A stretch of 64,000 nt of DNA from Planctomycetota bacterium (lineage in GTDB: Bacteria > Planctomycetota > UBA8742 > UBA2392), in contig JAOSKM010000003.1 in the NCBI GenBank assembly GCA_027493625.1, positions 599,028 to 663,027 of the forward strand, in the 5' to 3' direction. Position numbers and translations under genes: made by a program. Below are positions 28,723 to 38,233 of the stretch, piece by piece. The notes below the pieces were generated by a model. That model did not search any database and had not been told where the DNA came from. It saw only the letters and a program-made list of their open reading frames with translations. The stretch's first letter is position 1, and every line of letters begins with the position of its first letter.

Positions 28723-28803
28723 ATTGTAAGCGAAATCACACCCGAAAGGTCATTAAGGAACGAAAAATCCGGGGCCGCGTGGGCGGCCCCGGTTGTTCGT
28801 GGA

Positions 28804-31593
28804 TCAGCGCATCTGGAAGAGTCGCAGGCGCGGCGTGCCGCTGATGTCCATCACGGCGCCGGCCATGACGCGCATGGTGCCGTCGACTTCGGTCCAGTCC
28901 GGGTTGATGGCGAACTGGGTATTGAAGCCGGGCACGGTCGTGTTGCCGGGGTTGGCCAGGTCAATGTAGACCGCGTTGGTGCCGACGCCGGTCGTGGCGT
29001 TCCAGCCGGGCACCGTGCTGTCGTAGAGGCGCAGGCGCAGGGTGATGGTGGGAACGACGATCGCGCTGTTGAGCCGCGCGCCGATGCACATGGCGTCACC
29101 GGTGCGGTCCGGGTAGACGATGCCGGTCACCTTGGCCTCGACCGTGCCCGCGAGAGACGTGGCCGTATCCGTGCCGTCAACCACGTCCGGTTCGTGCGGC
29201 GTGACCCAGGTAGAGTTCAGCCAATCGGCATTGTTGCCGTTCAGCATCGCGACGCCGATCTGGGGCCCGCCGGCCGTCGAGCGCTGGGCGCGATAGCTGA
29301 TCACGGCCGTCGCGGCGCCCAGCCCCTGGAACGAGAACAGCTTCGGCGGCGTCGGGAAGACGATCGGATTGCCGGCCAGGGTCTGGTTGTACTCGAGCAG
29401 CACGTCGTCGCCGTTGACGCAGTTGTCGACCACGGTCGGGGTTGCGCTGAAGCTCTGCGACGAGTGCTGATACAGCACGCCATAGAGCCGCACGTCGCCG
29501 GCGCCATCGGCCTGCGTGAAGGTGAGGATGCCGTTGCCGTTCAGGTTGTGGTTGATCTCGGCGTAGGTGACGTGGTTGGTGGTGCCGTTGTCGACGCGCG
29601 TGAGCGTCAGCGCGGCCGCGTCGCTGGCGTCTTCCACCGCCCAGCTGCTGCCGTCGAAGGTGTTGACGAACAGCGCCCACTCGCCGGTTGTGTTGACCTC
29701 CTGCTGCCACACGACCGCCCGTCCGGCGAGACGCGGGTTGTTCTTGTTCAGCAGGTCGGTGTTGAAGAACAGGCGTTCCACCCTGGTTGCAGCCTGGTTG
29801 TCGTCGATGAAGAGGCAGCCCTGCCAGGCGGCGCTGTCGTCTTCTTCGTCGGCGTCCCAGTAGTTGGCCAGGCCGCGGCGCACGGCGTTCACGTCCTGGC
29901 AGAACATCGCCAGCACGTGCGCGCCGCGCAGGATGGTCTGCTGGAAGAATTCCGTGCCGCCGCCGAAGATGCGCCCGCCGTAGTTCTGGGCGCCGAGGTC
30001 GGTGCTGTGGCGTGTGGCGTCTCCGGCGCCCGCGCCGCTGTAGGTGATGCGCTGTGCGGCTGAGAAGCTGTCGTTGTGGGCGCTGTAGAACACGTGCCAG
30101 AACGCCTCCACGCTGCCGTCGTCAGCGCCGAACACGATGTGCGCGTTGCCCGCGAGCGTGAACTCGATCGAGAAAATGCTGACGTCAATGCCGCCCGCCG
30201 GGGTGCCCGCGGGCGTCAGCGCCTGGCGCGCCGTGAAACTGCCGGCCGTGTCGTCCCAGCACGACGCGTACAGGTTGTTCGCGGGTCCGTCGACCCACAC
30301 GGCGATCACCTTGCCGCTGCGGTGGGCCTCGATGTGTCCGCGCACGCCGTACATGCCGGTATCGATCTGCGTGGGCGTTGAATACGCGCCGGCTGCCGGG
30401 GTGAAGCGCGTCGCGAACACGGCGCCGCCCGTTTCGCGGAACATCAGGGCGTGCACGTCACCGGCGCTTGCGTCCCATACCACTTCGTGGTCGGCCGCCG
30501 GCGCGGCGGCCGTCAGCGGCGTGATCGCGCCCAGCGTAGGCGACGCAGCCGAGTCGAAGGTGCGATACAGCAGGCGCTCGTTGCTGTTGCCGCTGTCCGG
30601 CTGGCGGAACACGACGGTGCCGCCCGCGGAGTCGCCGTAGTGCACCCAGACACCGGACGTGTTGCCCCAGGTGCCCGGATTGTGGTCGATGTTGCCGAGG
30701 TCGGCGGCGGTCATGCCCGCGAACACGCCGCGGGTGGGCGCCGCAACGTTGTCCACGGCGAAACTGCCCGTGGTGAATGCCGTGCCGACCGTCGTGTTGA
30801 TCGGTGTGAACCGCAGCAGCACACTGTTGGCCGTGCCGGCGATGTCCGCGGCGGTGTCCCAGACAAACATATGGTCTCGGCCCCGCGTGGTGGCCAGCAG
30901 GCCCGTGGTACCGGAGCTGACGGGGTCAGCGGCCTCGGTGCAGTCATTCCAGTTCGCGCCGCTGTCGGTCGAGAACTCGATCTGCACGGTGTTCGCGGGC
31001 TGTTGCGTCGCGTTGGTCTCAATCAGTGAGAACGGCACGAACGCGTTGCCGTAAAGCGTGCGGTCGGGCGTGGGCGCGTACACCTGCGATGCGGTGACCG
31101 TGCTGCCGCCGCCGCTGTTGTCGATTGTGAAGGCGGTGCTGGTCACGGCCGTGCCGGCGCCCGTGCCGTCGCTGGGCGTAATGCGCACGACAAACGAAAC
31201 CGGCGCGGACGTCGCGACAGCACTGGTATTCCACACGAAGACGTGCGCCTCGCCTGCGGCACTGGCGCTGAGCCCGGTGACGCCATCGCTGCCCGTGCCC
31301 TGGGCGCCGCTGATGTCGACGAAGGGGTTGCCGGCGGAGGACTGGTCCTGCACCTCGATGGCAATGTCCACGCCGGCGGAATCCGGGTCCGTGATCGTGT
31401 ACAGGATCGCGACGTCGCCGCTGCTGCCGTTGGCGGGCAACTGGGTGATGGTCACAACCGGCAGGATGCCGCCTCCGCCACCACCGCCGCCACTGCCGCC
31501 ACCGCCATCGTCGTCGTCACCCGGGCAACCGGCGACGAAAGCGAACAGCGCCGTCAGGACCAGCCAATAACGAATCTTCTGAACAGCCGGCAT
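28804..31593 (-). CDS. large secreted lipoprotein (929 aa) with poly-Gly/Asp linker, hypothetical
   Basis: MPAVQKIRYWLVLTALFAFVAGCPGDDDDGGGGSGGGGGGGG...; the long plus-strand ORF 28066..30063 is antisense and rejected. Confidence 0.7.
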   Translation of the reverse strand: MPAVQKIRYWLVLTALFAFVAGCPGDDDDGGGGSGGGGGGGGILPVVTITQLPANGSSGDVAILYTITDPDSAGVDIAIEVQDQSSAGNPFVDISGAQGTGSDGVTGLSASAAGEAHVFVWNTSAVATSAPVSFVVRITPSDGTGAGTAVTSTAFTIDNSGGGSTVTASQVYAPTPDRTLYGNAFVPFSLIETNATQQPANTVQIEFSTDSGANWNDCTEAADPVSSGTTGLLATTRGRDHMFVWDTAADIAGTANSVLLRFTPINTTVGTAFTTGSFAVDNVAAPTRGVFAGMTAADLGNIDHNPGTWGNTSGVWVHYGDSAGGTVVFRQPDSGNSNERLLYRTFDSAASPTLGAITPLTAAAPAADHEVVWDASAGDVHALMFRETGGAVFATRFTPAAGAYSTPTQIDTGMYGVRGHIEAHRSGKVIAVWVDGPANNLYASCWDDTAGSFTARQALTPAGTPAGGIDVSIFSIEFTLAGNAHIVFGADDGSVEAFWHVFYSAHNDSFSAAQRITYSGAGAGDATRHSTDLGAQNYGGRIFGGGTEFFQQTILRGAHVLAMFCQDVNAVRRGLANYWDADEEDDSAAWQGCLFIDDNQAATRVERLFFNTDLLNKNNPRLAGRAVVWQQEVNTTGEWALFVNTFDGSSWAVEDASDAAALTLTRVDNGTTNHVTYAEINHNLNGNGILTFTQADGAGDVRLYGVLYQHSSQSFSATPTVVDNCVNGDDVLLEYNQTLAGNPIVFPTPPKLFSFQGLGAATAVISYRAQRSTAGGPQIGVAMLNGNNADWLNSTWVTPHEPDVVDGTDTATSLAGTVEAKVTGIVYPDRTGDAMCIGARLNSAIVVPTITLRLRLYDSTVPGWNATTGVGTNAVYIDLANPGNTTVPGFNTQFAINPDWTEVDGTMRVMAGAVMDISGTPRLRLFQMR

Positions 31594-31681
31594 GCTCTCC
31601 CCCTCTTGGTCCGTTTGTGAGAATGAGGGACAACAATAGGCTCACGCCCGTGAGGTGTAAATCAGAAATCACAAGCCCTGC

Positions 31682-33448
31682 TCAGTTCCTCGGAAGATGC
31701 AATACAAAGCAACACGAGGACGGGCATGCCGCTTCGTGCCGAAGCTCGCCGCCCATGGCCCGCGCCAGCCGGCGGCTCAGCGTCAGGCCCAAACCCACGC
31801 CCGGGGCGGAGTTCGCGGCCGCCTGCGCCGACTTGCGGAAGGGCTTGAACATGCGCGTGCCTTCTTCGCGGCTGATGCCGGGGCCGTGGTCGCGCACCAC
31901 CAGGCGCACTTCGCGCGCGTCGAGTTCGCACTCGATGTGGACGCGCTTGTCGTCAGCGCTCGCGGCGTACTTGCAGGCGTTGTCCACCAGGTTGAAGACG
32001 ATCTGCTCCACGGCGCCGGGGTCGGCGCGCACGCTGACCTCCTGCGGGCAGGGCTCGACCACCAGCTGCATGCCGGCCTGCTCCGTGCGCAGGCGCAGGC
32101 GCTCCGTGGCGCGCTCCAGCAGGCGCGGCAGGGCCAGCGTCTCGATGCGCCCGGCCGGCGAGGAATTCTCCAGCCGCGCGTAGGCCAGCACGTTTTCGAC
32201 CAGATGGCCGAGGCGCAGCGCCTCCGAGTGCAGGGTGTTGAGGTATTCGAGGCGCGTCTGTTCGTCGCGGATGCGCCCGGCGGCCAGCATCTCGGTGTAC
32301 ATGCGGAAGGTGGTCAGCGGCGTGCGCAGCTCGTGTGAAACCGCCGACACGAACTCCGCCCGGCGCTGCGCCAGCCCCAGCGTGCGCTGCAGCACGAACG
32401 CGAGCCCCAGCGCCACCAGCGCCAGGCAGGCCCACGCCACGTACATCGTGAGGCGCAGCGGCGAGCGCCCCTCGGGCGCCGCCACTGGCACCTCGCCGGG
32501 CAGCACCTCGATGGGCAGCGCCGCCAGCCGGTGCACGTTGGCAGCCTCAACTGTGGTGGGGTCCATGGGCGCGGCGCGAAAGCTGGCGTTCGGCAGCGCC
32601 TCGGCGCCGGCCGCGCGCAGGTCGGCCTCGATGCGCGCGCGATCAAGCAGGCAACCCTGCACGTACTCGGAGTCGCCCAGGCTGATGCGCCGCGCCAGCA
32701 GCAGGTTGTCGCCGACCCACACGGCCGTCATGGGGCCTTCGCGCACGTCGATTGGCTTCTGCAGGGTGTTCAGCTGGTACTGGCCGGCCTGCTCGATCCT
32801 GCGTTTGACGGCCTGCTGCTTGTAGGCGTCGGCGCGCTGCTGGTACTCGGCCTGGTTGACGGTGTTCTGCGCGGCCCAGCTTTCGTCGGCGAGCACCATC
32901 TCGGGCAGCACCGGGTCTCGCAGCTCGAGCTTGCGCTCGGGCAGCAGGGTCAGCAGCTGCTCGCGACTGGTGGCGGCGCCTACACGCGCGAGCTGTTTGT
33001 TCGCGTCGTCGATCTGTTGCTGGCTCAGGAAGCGCAGGGCGGCCATGGTGCGCCACTCGCCGCGCGGGACCTGGGGCGAAGTCAGCGAGCCGTCGGGCTC
33101 GAACTGGAAGTGCACCACGATCTGCGGCACCTGGTTGCGCAGCAGCGGCGAGGGCAGCAGCACGTCGCCTTCCTGCATGTCGTTGAACATGCGGGTGTAG
33201 GCCCCCTCGGCCGGGAAGAACGGCACGTACTGGAAGTAGGGGCGCGCGGCCTCGTCGGTGACGACCGGCGCTAGCTCACCGTCCATCTGCCAGAGCGCGA
33301 GGCGGATGTTTTCCTCGGCCAGGGCCCGGCGGGTGTTTTCGGCCTGGGCGTCTTCAAGCGCCATCAACCGCACGCTGACGTACGCCATCAGGCCGCCCGC
33401 AAGCAGCAGGCCCAGCGCGAAGACACTCCAGAGCAGGCTGGTCTTCAT
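31682..33448 (-). CDS. sensor histidine kinase
   Basis: N-terminal TM, H-box SHELRTPLTT, HATPase C-terminus; 4-nt overlap with the upstream regulator. Confidence 0.85.
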   Translation of the reverse strand: MKTSLLWSVFALGLLLAGGLMAYVSVRLMALEDAQAENTRRALAEENIRLALWQMDGELAPVVTDEAARPYFQYVPFFPAEGAYTRMFNDMQEGDVLLPSPLLRNQVPQIVVHFQFEPDGSLTSPQVPRGEWRTMAALRFLSQQQIDDANKQLARVGAATSREQLLTLLPERKLELRDPVLPEMVLADESWAAQNTVNQAEYQQRADAYKQQAVKRRIEQAGQYQLNTLQKPIDVREGPMTAVWVGDNLLLARRISLGDSEYVQGCLLDRARIEADLRAAGAEALPNASFRAAPMDPTTVEAANVHRLAALPIEVLPGEVPVAAPEGRSPLRLTMYVAWACLALVALGLAFVLQRTLGLAQRRAEFVSAVSHELRTPLTTFRMYTEMLAAGRIRDEQTRLEYLNTLHSEALRLGHLVENVLAYARLENSSPAGRIETLALPRLLERATERLRLRTEQAGMQLVVEPCPQEVSVRADPGAVEQIVFNLVDNACKYAASADDKRVHIECELDAREVRLVVRDHGPGISREEGTRMFKPFRKSAQAAANSAPGVGLGLTLSRRLARAMGGELRHEAACPSSCCFVLHLPRN

Positions 33449-34140
33449 GACGCCACCGCCAGCATGTAGCCCTTGCCGCGCACGGTCAGCAGGATGCGCG
33501 GGTCATCGCCGGAATCGCGCAGCTTGTCGCGCAGGCGCGCCACGTGCATGTCGATGGTGCGCGTGCTGATGCCCGAGGGGTCGATGCGCCACACGCGGCT
33601 TAATATCTCGTCGCGCGAAATGGCACGGCCGGGGTTGACCACGAAATAGCGCAGCAGCTCGCGTTCGCGCTCGGACAGCTCAACGCGGGTGCCGTCGTGG
33701 TAGCGGATTTCGCAACGGGCGAGGTCGGCGACGCCCTCGGCGAATTCGAACTCCTGCACGTCCTGCGGACGCTCCGGCGAGCGGCGCATCACGGCCTCGA
33801 CGCGCGCCATCAGCTCGACGACGCTGAAGGGTTTGACCACGTAGTCGTCGGCGCCGAGTTTTAAACCCGCAACGCGGTCTTTCTCGTTGCCCAAGGCGGT
33901 CAGCACGATCACGGGCAGGGTGGGGCGCACGCGGCGGACTTCGCGCAGGATTTCAAGGCCGTGGAGTTTGGGCAGGGCAAGGTCAAGCAGCACCAGGTCG
34001 CAATCCACCTGCAGGGCGGATTTCAGGCCGGCCTCGCCGTCGGCGGCCTCCAGCGCGGTGAAGCCCTCGAACTTCAGGGCGTCCACCACGCCGCGGCGGA
34101 TGGCGGCGTCGTCTTCAATCACCAGCACAGTACGCAACAT
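33445..34140 (-). CDS. OmpR-family response regulator
   Basis: MLRTVLVIEDD...DLVLLDLALP...KPF plus winged-helix C-terminus. Confidence 0.85.
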   Translation of the reverse strand: MLRTVLVIEDDAAIRRGVVDALKFEGFTALEAADGEAGLKSALQVDCDLVLLDLALPKLHGLEILREVRRVRPTLPVIVLTALGNEKDRVAGLKLGADDYVVKPFSVVELMARVEAVMRRSPERPQDVQEFEFAEGVADLARCEIRYHDGTRVELSERERELLRYFVVNPGRAISRDEILSRVWRIDPSGISTRTIDMHVARLRDKLRDSGDDPRILLTVRGKGYMLAVAS

Positions 34141-34316
34141 GCGCCCATTGTAAGGAAGCGGCGTCGCCCGCGCCTGAGAATTGAAGGTGGTCTGCACAAA
34201 GCCTCCATCTCGACTGCACACAAATGATAGGCCGTGCCGGGCATCACCCGTGTAACAACGCTGTAAAAGCCGCGGCAGTCAACTTATAAATGTAGTAGCA
34301 GATGCGAGGAGTCGGT

Positions 34317-35939
34317 ATGAAATGGCAGCCAATCCTGTTCGTCGCTTTGCTGCTGCTTGTGGTTGGGTTGGTAGCGCTATGGATTTTGAACGCTGACGGA
34401 CCAGATTCTACGACTTCACCCGCCTTCGGGTTTGACGGGCAGACTGCAAGCAACTCCGCACCACTCGCGCAAGGTGAACGCACGCCCTCGGCACCCGAGT
34501 TAGCGGAGCCGAAGTCGGATCAACCTGCCACAACTCCGCCGGTTGAGGGGCCGCCTGAGCTTCCCTCCATGCCAGAAGCGCCTGTCGAGACTGCGGTCCT
34601 CAGCGGTGAGTTGTGGGTACCGCTGGCCTATGGAGATGCTGTGTTCGATGTCTTCCATTGGGCTGGCATCGAGACCCCGGCAACCCGCGCCGAGTGGGAA
34701 CACGGCGGTACCCGGCTGATTGTTCAGGACAATCGATTCAGTCTCGAGGGTGTCAAACCGGGGGCCTGCAGCCTGGCAGTGTTTCAAGGCGATCTGCTTC
34801 TTGTTTCGGAAGCGGTCGTGGTCGAACCGGTCGGCAAACACGTAGTCATCAAGTTGCCCGAGCCGGACCCCGGCTTCCTCGTCATTCACGTCTTCGACCC
34901 TGACGGTGGTCCTGCATCCGACGTGAGCGTTAATGTCTGGGTGGAGGCACCGCGCGGTGGATTGCACGTAGGACGAGCCGAGTTGCAACCCGACATGACC
35001 TATCGGATACGGCGCGTCAAGGAAAGTGAAGTCCTGGCCCGGCGCGGGAAACGCGAGCAGGTCGATCAGTGGGTCTATTCAGTTGCGGTAGGGAACTCTG
35101 CTTACGGTGAGTTGAAGGTGGAGCACCCCTGGCTGTCGGTTGAGGATCCGACAGTCCGGCTTACGCCTCCTGCCTTCCTCAACATCACGCTGACTGGAGA
35201 ATCCGTCGACGCGGACCCTGTTCGCTATGCATTTGCTCTACACCGCATGACTGGCGGCAGGGGAGTTTCATCGGTAATAGCTCCTGCTACGGACACCCCC
35301 ATCCGGCTCGGGCCAGTCCAGAGCGGCAGGTGTCTTTTAAGACTCTCGCTACTGTTCCGCAGCAACCGGAACGATTTCGACGGATACGCAATAGACAGTC
35401 GTGAGATCGAACTGCAGCCCGGTGAGAACCAGTACGAATTTGCCCTGCCCCTGCTGCATGCCGTGCGTTTTCACTACGCCCAGGAGCGCAAGGCGAGAAT
35501 CGAGCTAACTCTGCGGGAAGAGGTCGGCCTGCCGCTCACTTGGGACGCCGACGGATTCTCCGCTTTTGACGGCCTGCCAGCCGGCAAGTGGAAGCTCGTG
35601 GATCGCCTGTACGGCGAGATGGAGTTCGAAGTGCCGACTGCGGGCGATGTGGAAGTCGTGCTGCGCCCCTACGATGCCCTGGTAATCACCGCCTGCGATG
35701 AAGACGCCGAGGCGTTCCGGCAAGGCTTGCGCCAGGGCGACATCATTGTTGCGATCGAGGGGGTGCGTTTCACCAGCGCTCTGGATGCGGGTAGACGATT
35801 TGCCGAAGCGGCCGAGCAGGCCAATCCACGACTCACCATTATCCGCGATGGCACGGAGCAACAGGTGACGCTTACGGATCCAAAGCAGGCTGTCCGCGAC
35901 CGGACGCTGCGCAAAGAGTACGGCTACCGCCCGCAGTAG
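34317..35939 (+). CDS. membrane-anchored protein with C-terminal PDZ domain (paralog 1, intact)
   Basis: MKWQPILFVALLLLVVGLVALWIL anchor, Pro-rich linker, C-terminal GLRQGDIIVAIEGV PDZ-like motif. Confidence 0.65.
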   Translation: MKWQPILFVALLLLVVGLVALWILNADGPDSTTSPAFGFDGQTASNSAPLAQGERTPSAPELAEPKSDQPATTPPVEGPPELPSMPEAPVETAVLSGELWVPLAYGDAVFDVFHWAGIETPATRAEWEHGGTRLIVQDNRFSLEGVKPGACSLAVFQGDLLLVSEAVVVEPVGKHVVIKLPEPDPGFLVIHVFDPDGGPASDVSVNVWVEAPRGGLHVGRAELQPDMTYRIRRVKESEVLARRGKREQVDQWVYSVAVGNSAYGELKVEHPWLSVEDPTVRLTPPAFLNITLTGESVDADPVRYAFALHRMTGGRGVSSVIAPATDTPIRLGPVQSGRCLLRLSLLFRSNRNDFDGYAIDSREIELQPGENQYEFALPLLHAVRFHYAQERKARIELTLREEVGLPLTWDADGFSAFDGLPAGKWKLVDRLYGEMEFEVPTAGDVEVVLRPYDALVITACDEDAEAFRQGLRQGDIIVAIEGVRFTSALDAGRRFAEAAEQANPRLTIIRDGTEQQVTLTDPKQAVRDRTLRKEYGYRPQ

Positions 35940-35953
35940 CTGACAGGAGCTAG

Positions 35954-38220
35954 CATGAACAAGGCAGTACACGTCGCGCTTGGGCTGGTGCTGGGGCTGC
36001 TGGCCGGCCTGGCGATTGGTGTGGCCGTGACGCAACGGGCGCCTGGCGCCCATGGTCGCTGACGCCCTGCCCGCAGCCGACGAGCCGCTTGCCGACACGC
36101 CGCCGCCGGAAGCGCTGCCGACCGAAACATCGCCTGAGCCCACGAGGGAGTCCGCGAAAAAGCCCGCGGCCGGCAGCAGCCTTGCGGATCTCATCGCCGC
36201 CGCGGACACGCTGCCACTGCCCAAGGGGGACGGCGTGATCACCGGCGTGGTGCGCACGCAGGCGGGCGAGCCGCTGGCGGGAGTGACGATTACCGCCACG
36301 CCCAGCTACCCCGAAGAGCGCAACTGGAGCGGCCTGGACACGGAGGCGCGCATCCGTGAGCAGATCCGCTACGAGAAGTGGCGCGAACTCGCACGCCGCA
36401 ACGTCGTCACGGGGGCGGACGGCAACTACCGTCTCGAAGGACTGGCGCTCAAGACCGATTACAGCGTGTGGGCGGAACTGGAGGGCTGGCGCTTCGAGCG
36501 CACACCGCACCGCAACTATTTCCAGGCCGGCATGGAGGCGAATTTCAAAGCACTGGTGAACATCATGGTGCCCTTGGAAGTGCGGTTGCCGGACGGCCGC
36601 GCGCCGCGGCAGGCGGAAGTCAAGTTCCACAAGGCGGGAGAAGAGAACTCGGTGTTCGCCACCCGCCCGCGCAACGGCACGGGCGTAATCGGCCTGGAAC
36701 CGGGCGACTGGGTCGCCAGCGCCAAGGCCGGCGACGCATGGGAGTACGAGTCAGAATTGGTCACCTTCAAACTCGCGGCCGGCCAGGCGCCGCCTGCGCT
36801 GGTGTTCGAGCTGAAGGGGCGCTCGGGCTTGCAGGGCAAGGTCTCGGTTCCCGCTGGTTATCGCTTTGAGTCCCTCGAGGTCGTGGTGCTGCCGGGGGAA
36901 GGAGTCGAGCCGCCGCCGCTTCTGACAGCCAGTATGCTGGAGAGCAAGGTTGCCGAAGTCGTGGTGTGGCCGCGTGAAGCATGGTCGTTCCAGGTCCTGG
37001 ATCTCGCGCCCGCAACCTACCGTGTCGTGCTGCACTATGGAAACCGCGTCCTGGACTGGCGCAATGTCACGGTCGGCGGCGACCTGGCAGCCTGTGACCT
37101 CGCCGTCCCGCCCGCCCGCGCCGAAGACTACTTCGCAGTTCGCGTCTACGATCCAGAGGGTGAAGCGACCGACGCCGTTCAGGTCTATCTGGCCGTGACA
37201 TCAGATCAGCACGGCTACAGTGGCTGGAGTGAACAGTACCGACCGGAGCCGGACACCAGGTTGATCTGGATTCGACGCGTGACGCTTGAAGAACTGATCG
37301 GAGAGCATGCGGAACAGTGGATGTACACCATCACTGTCAGGAGCAAGAAGTACGGCCAGCTCAGCCAGCCCTATGCCCCGACCGACCGGCACGAGCTGGT
37401 ATTCCGTTTCCAGCACCCCGCCCACGTCACAGTGACTGTGCCCGGCTACAACGAGCATGATCTTCGCGAGCGCCTGACCTGGAGCGTGGTCGAAGTCGGC
37501 AAGGAGGGACGACTCTTCAGGCGCTGGGAGCGTGAACGCCTGGGCACGAGCTGGAACGTCGCGCCGCTCAAGTTTGGCCCGCTCGTCCCCGGCCGATATG
37601 AACTGGTGCTGATGTTTGAGATGAAACACAGCAAACGCGAGCTGCTGCGCCGCCCCATCGACCTGGCGGGGGGTGAAAACGCGGTCAGCGCGGAAGTGCC
37701 GAGCCTCTACACGCTGACAGTGCGCTGCCGGACCAAGGCCGAGGCCGAGGGCGTCTCCCTCTATCGCGGGACGTCGAGGTACGCGACCTGGGAGGATGAA
37801 GTGGTCCGCGAGGGCGCGGTGGCGCGATTCCTGGAGTTACCGGAGGGCGAGTACCGGCTGGAGACCGGCGCCGGCACATTGGCGCTGGAGCTGTCCGCCG
37901 ACAAAGAGGTGGATTTCGCGCCCCGGGTCTACGACTGCCTGGTGATCAGCGGCATCAAGCCGGGTGGTTTGATCGAGGGGCTGGGCCTGTGCAACGGCGA
38001 CAAGCTGATCGCCGTGGACGGCAATCCCTGCGAGGACCTGAAGCTGTTCCGCGCGCACCTTGACGTGTCAAAGGGCAAGGACAGCACCACCTGGACCGTG
38101 CTACGCAACGGCGTGCCCATCGACGTGACCTTCAGCGGCAAACAACTCACTGAAATCCTGAAGAACCGCAGCGAGAACAGCGAAGACATCGACCTCGACC
38201 GCGCCTATCGCGACGACTGA
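35954..38220 (+). CDS. membrane-anchored PDZ-domain protein (paralog 2); frameshift near 36040
   Basis: MNKAVHVALGLVLGLLAGLAIGVAVTQRAP in one frame, then ADALPAADEPLADTPPPEALPTETSPEP... (ORF 36052..38220) in another; carboxypeptidase-regulatory-like and PDZ (GLCNGDKLIAVDG) regions. Confidence 0.6.
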
Positions 38221-38233
38221 ACAGGAGGTTGGC

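Noticed and set aside
28066-30063. 665-aa plus-strand ORF, with many other long antisense ORFs of the same kind (e.g. 12018..13007, 14066..15181, 15481..16518, 19635..20318, 40599..41660, 51140..52096, 57156..58427, 58883..60211, 60713..62107, 62340..63560)
   Set aside because: They run antisense to well-supported genes in high-GC DNA, have Ala/Arg/Gly/Pro-rich low-complexity translations, and contain no motifs. They are typical spurious high-GC ORFs.
36052-38220. Phase-variable contingency locus as the sole explanation for the PDZ paralog frameshifts
   Set aside because: The A4/A5 tract is too short for efficient slippage. Similar 1-bp indels occur in unrelated genes (epimerase, adhesin, protease), so a sequencing artefact is the more economical explanation. 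Phase variation is retained only as a minor possibility.
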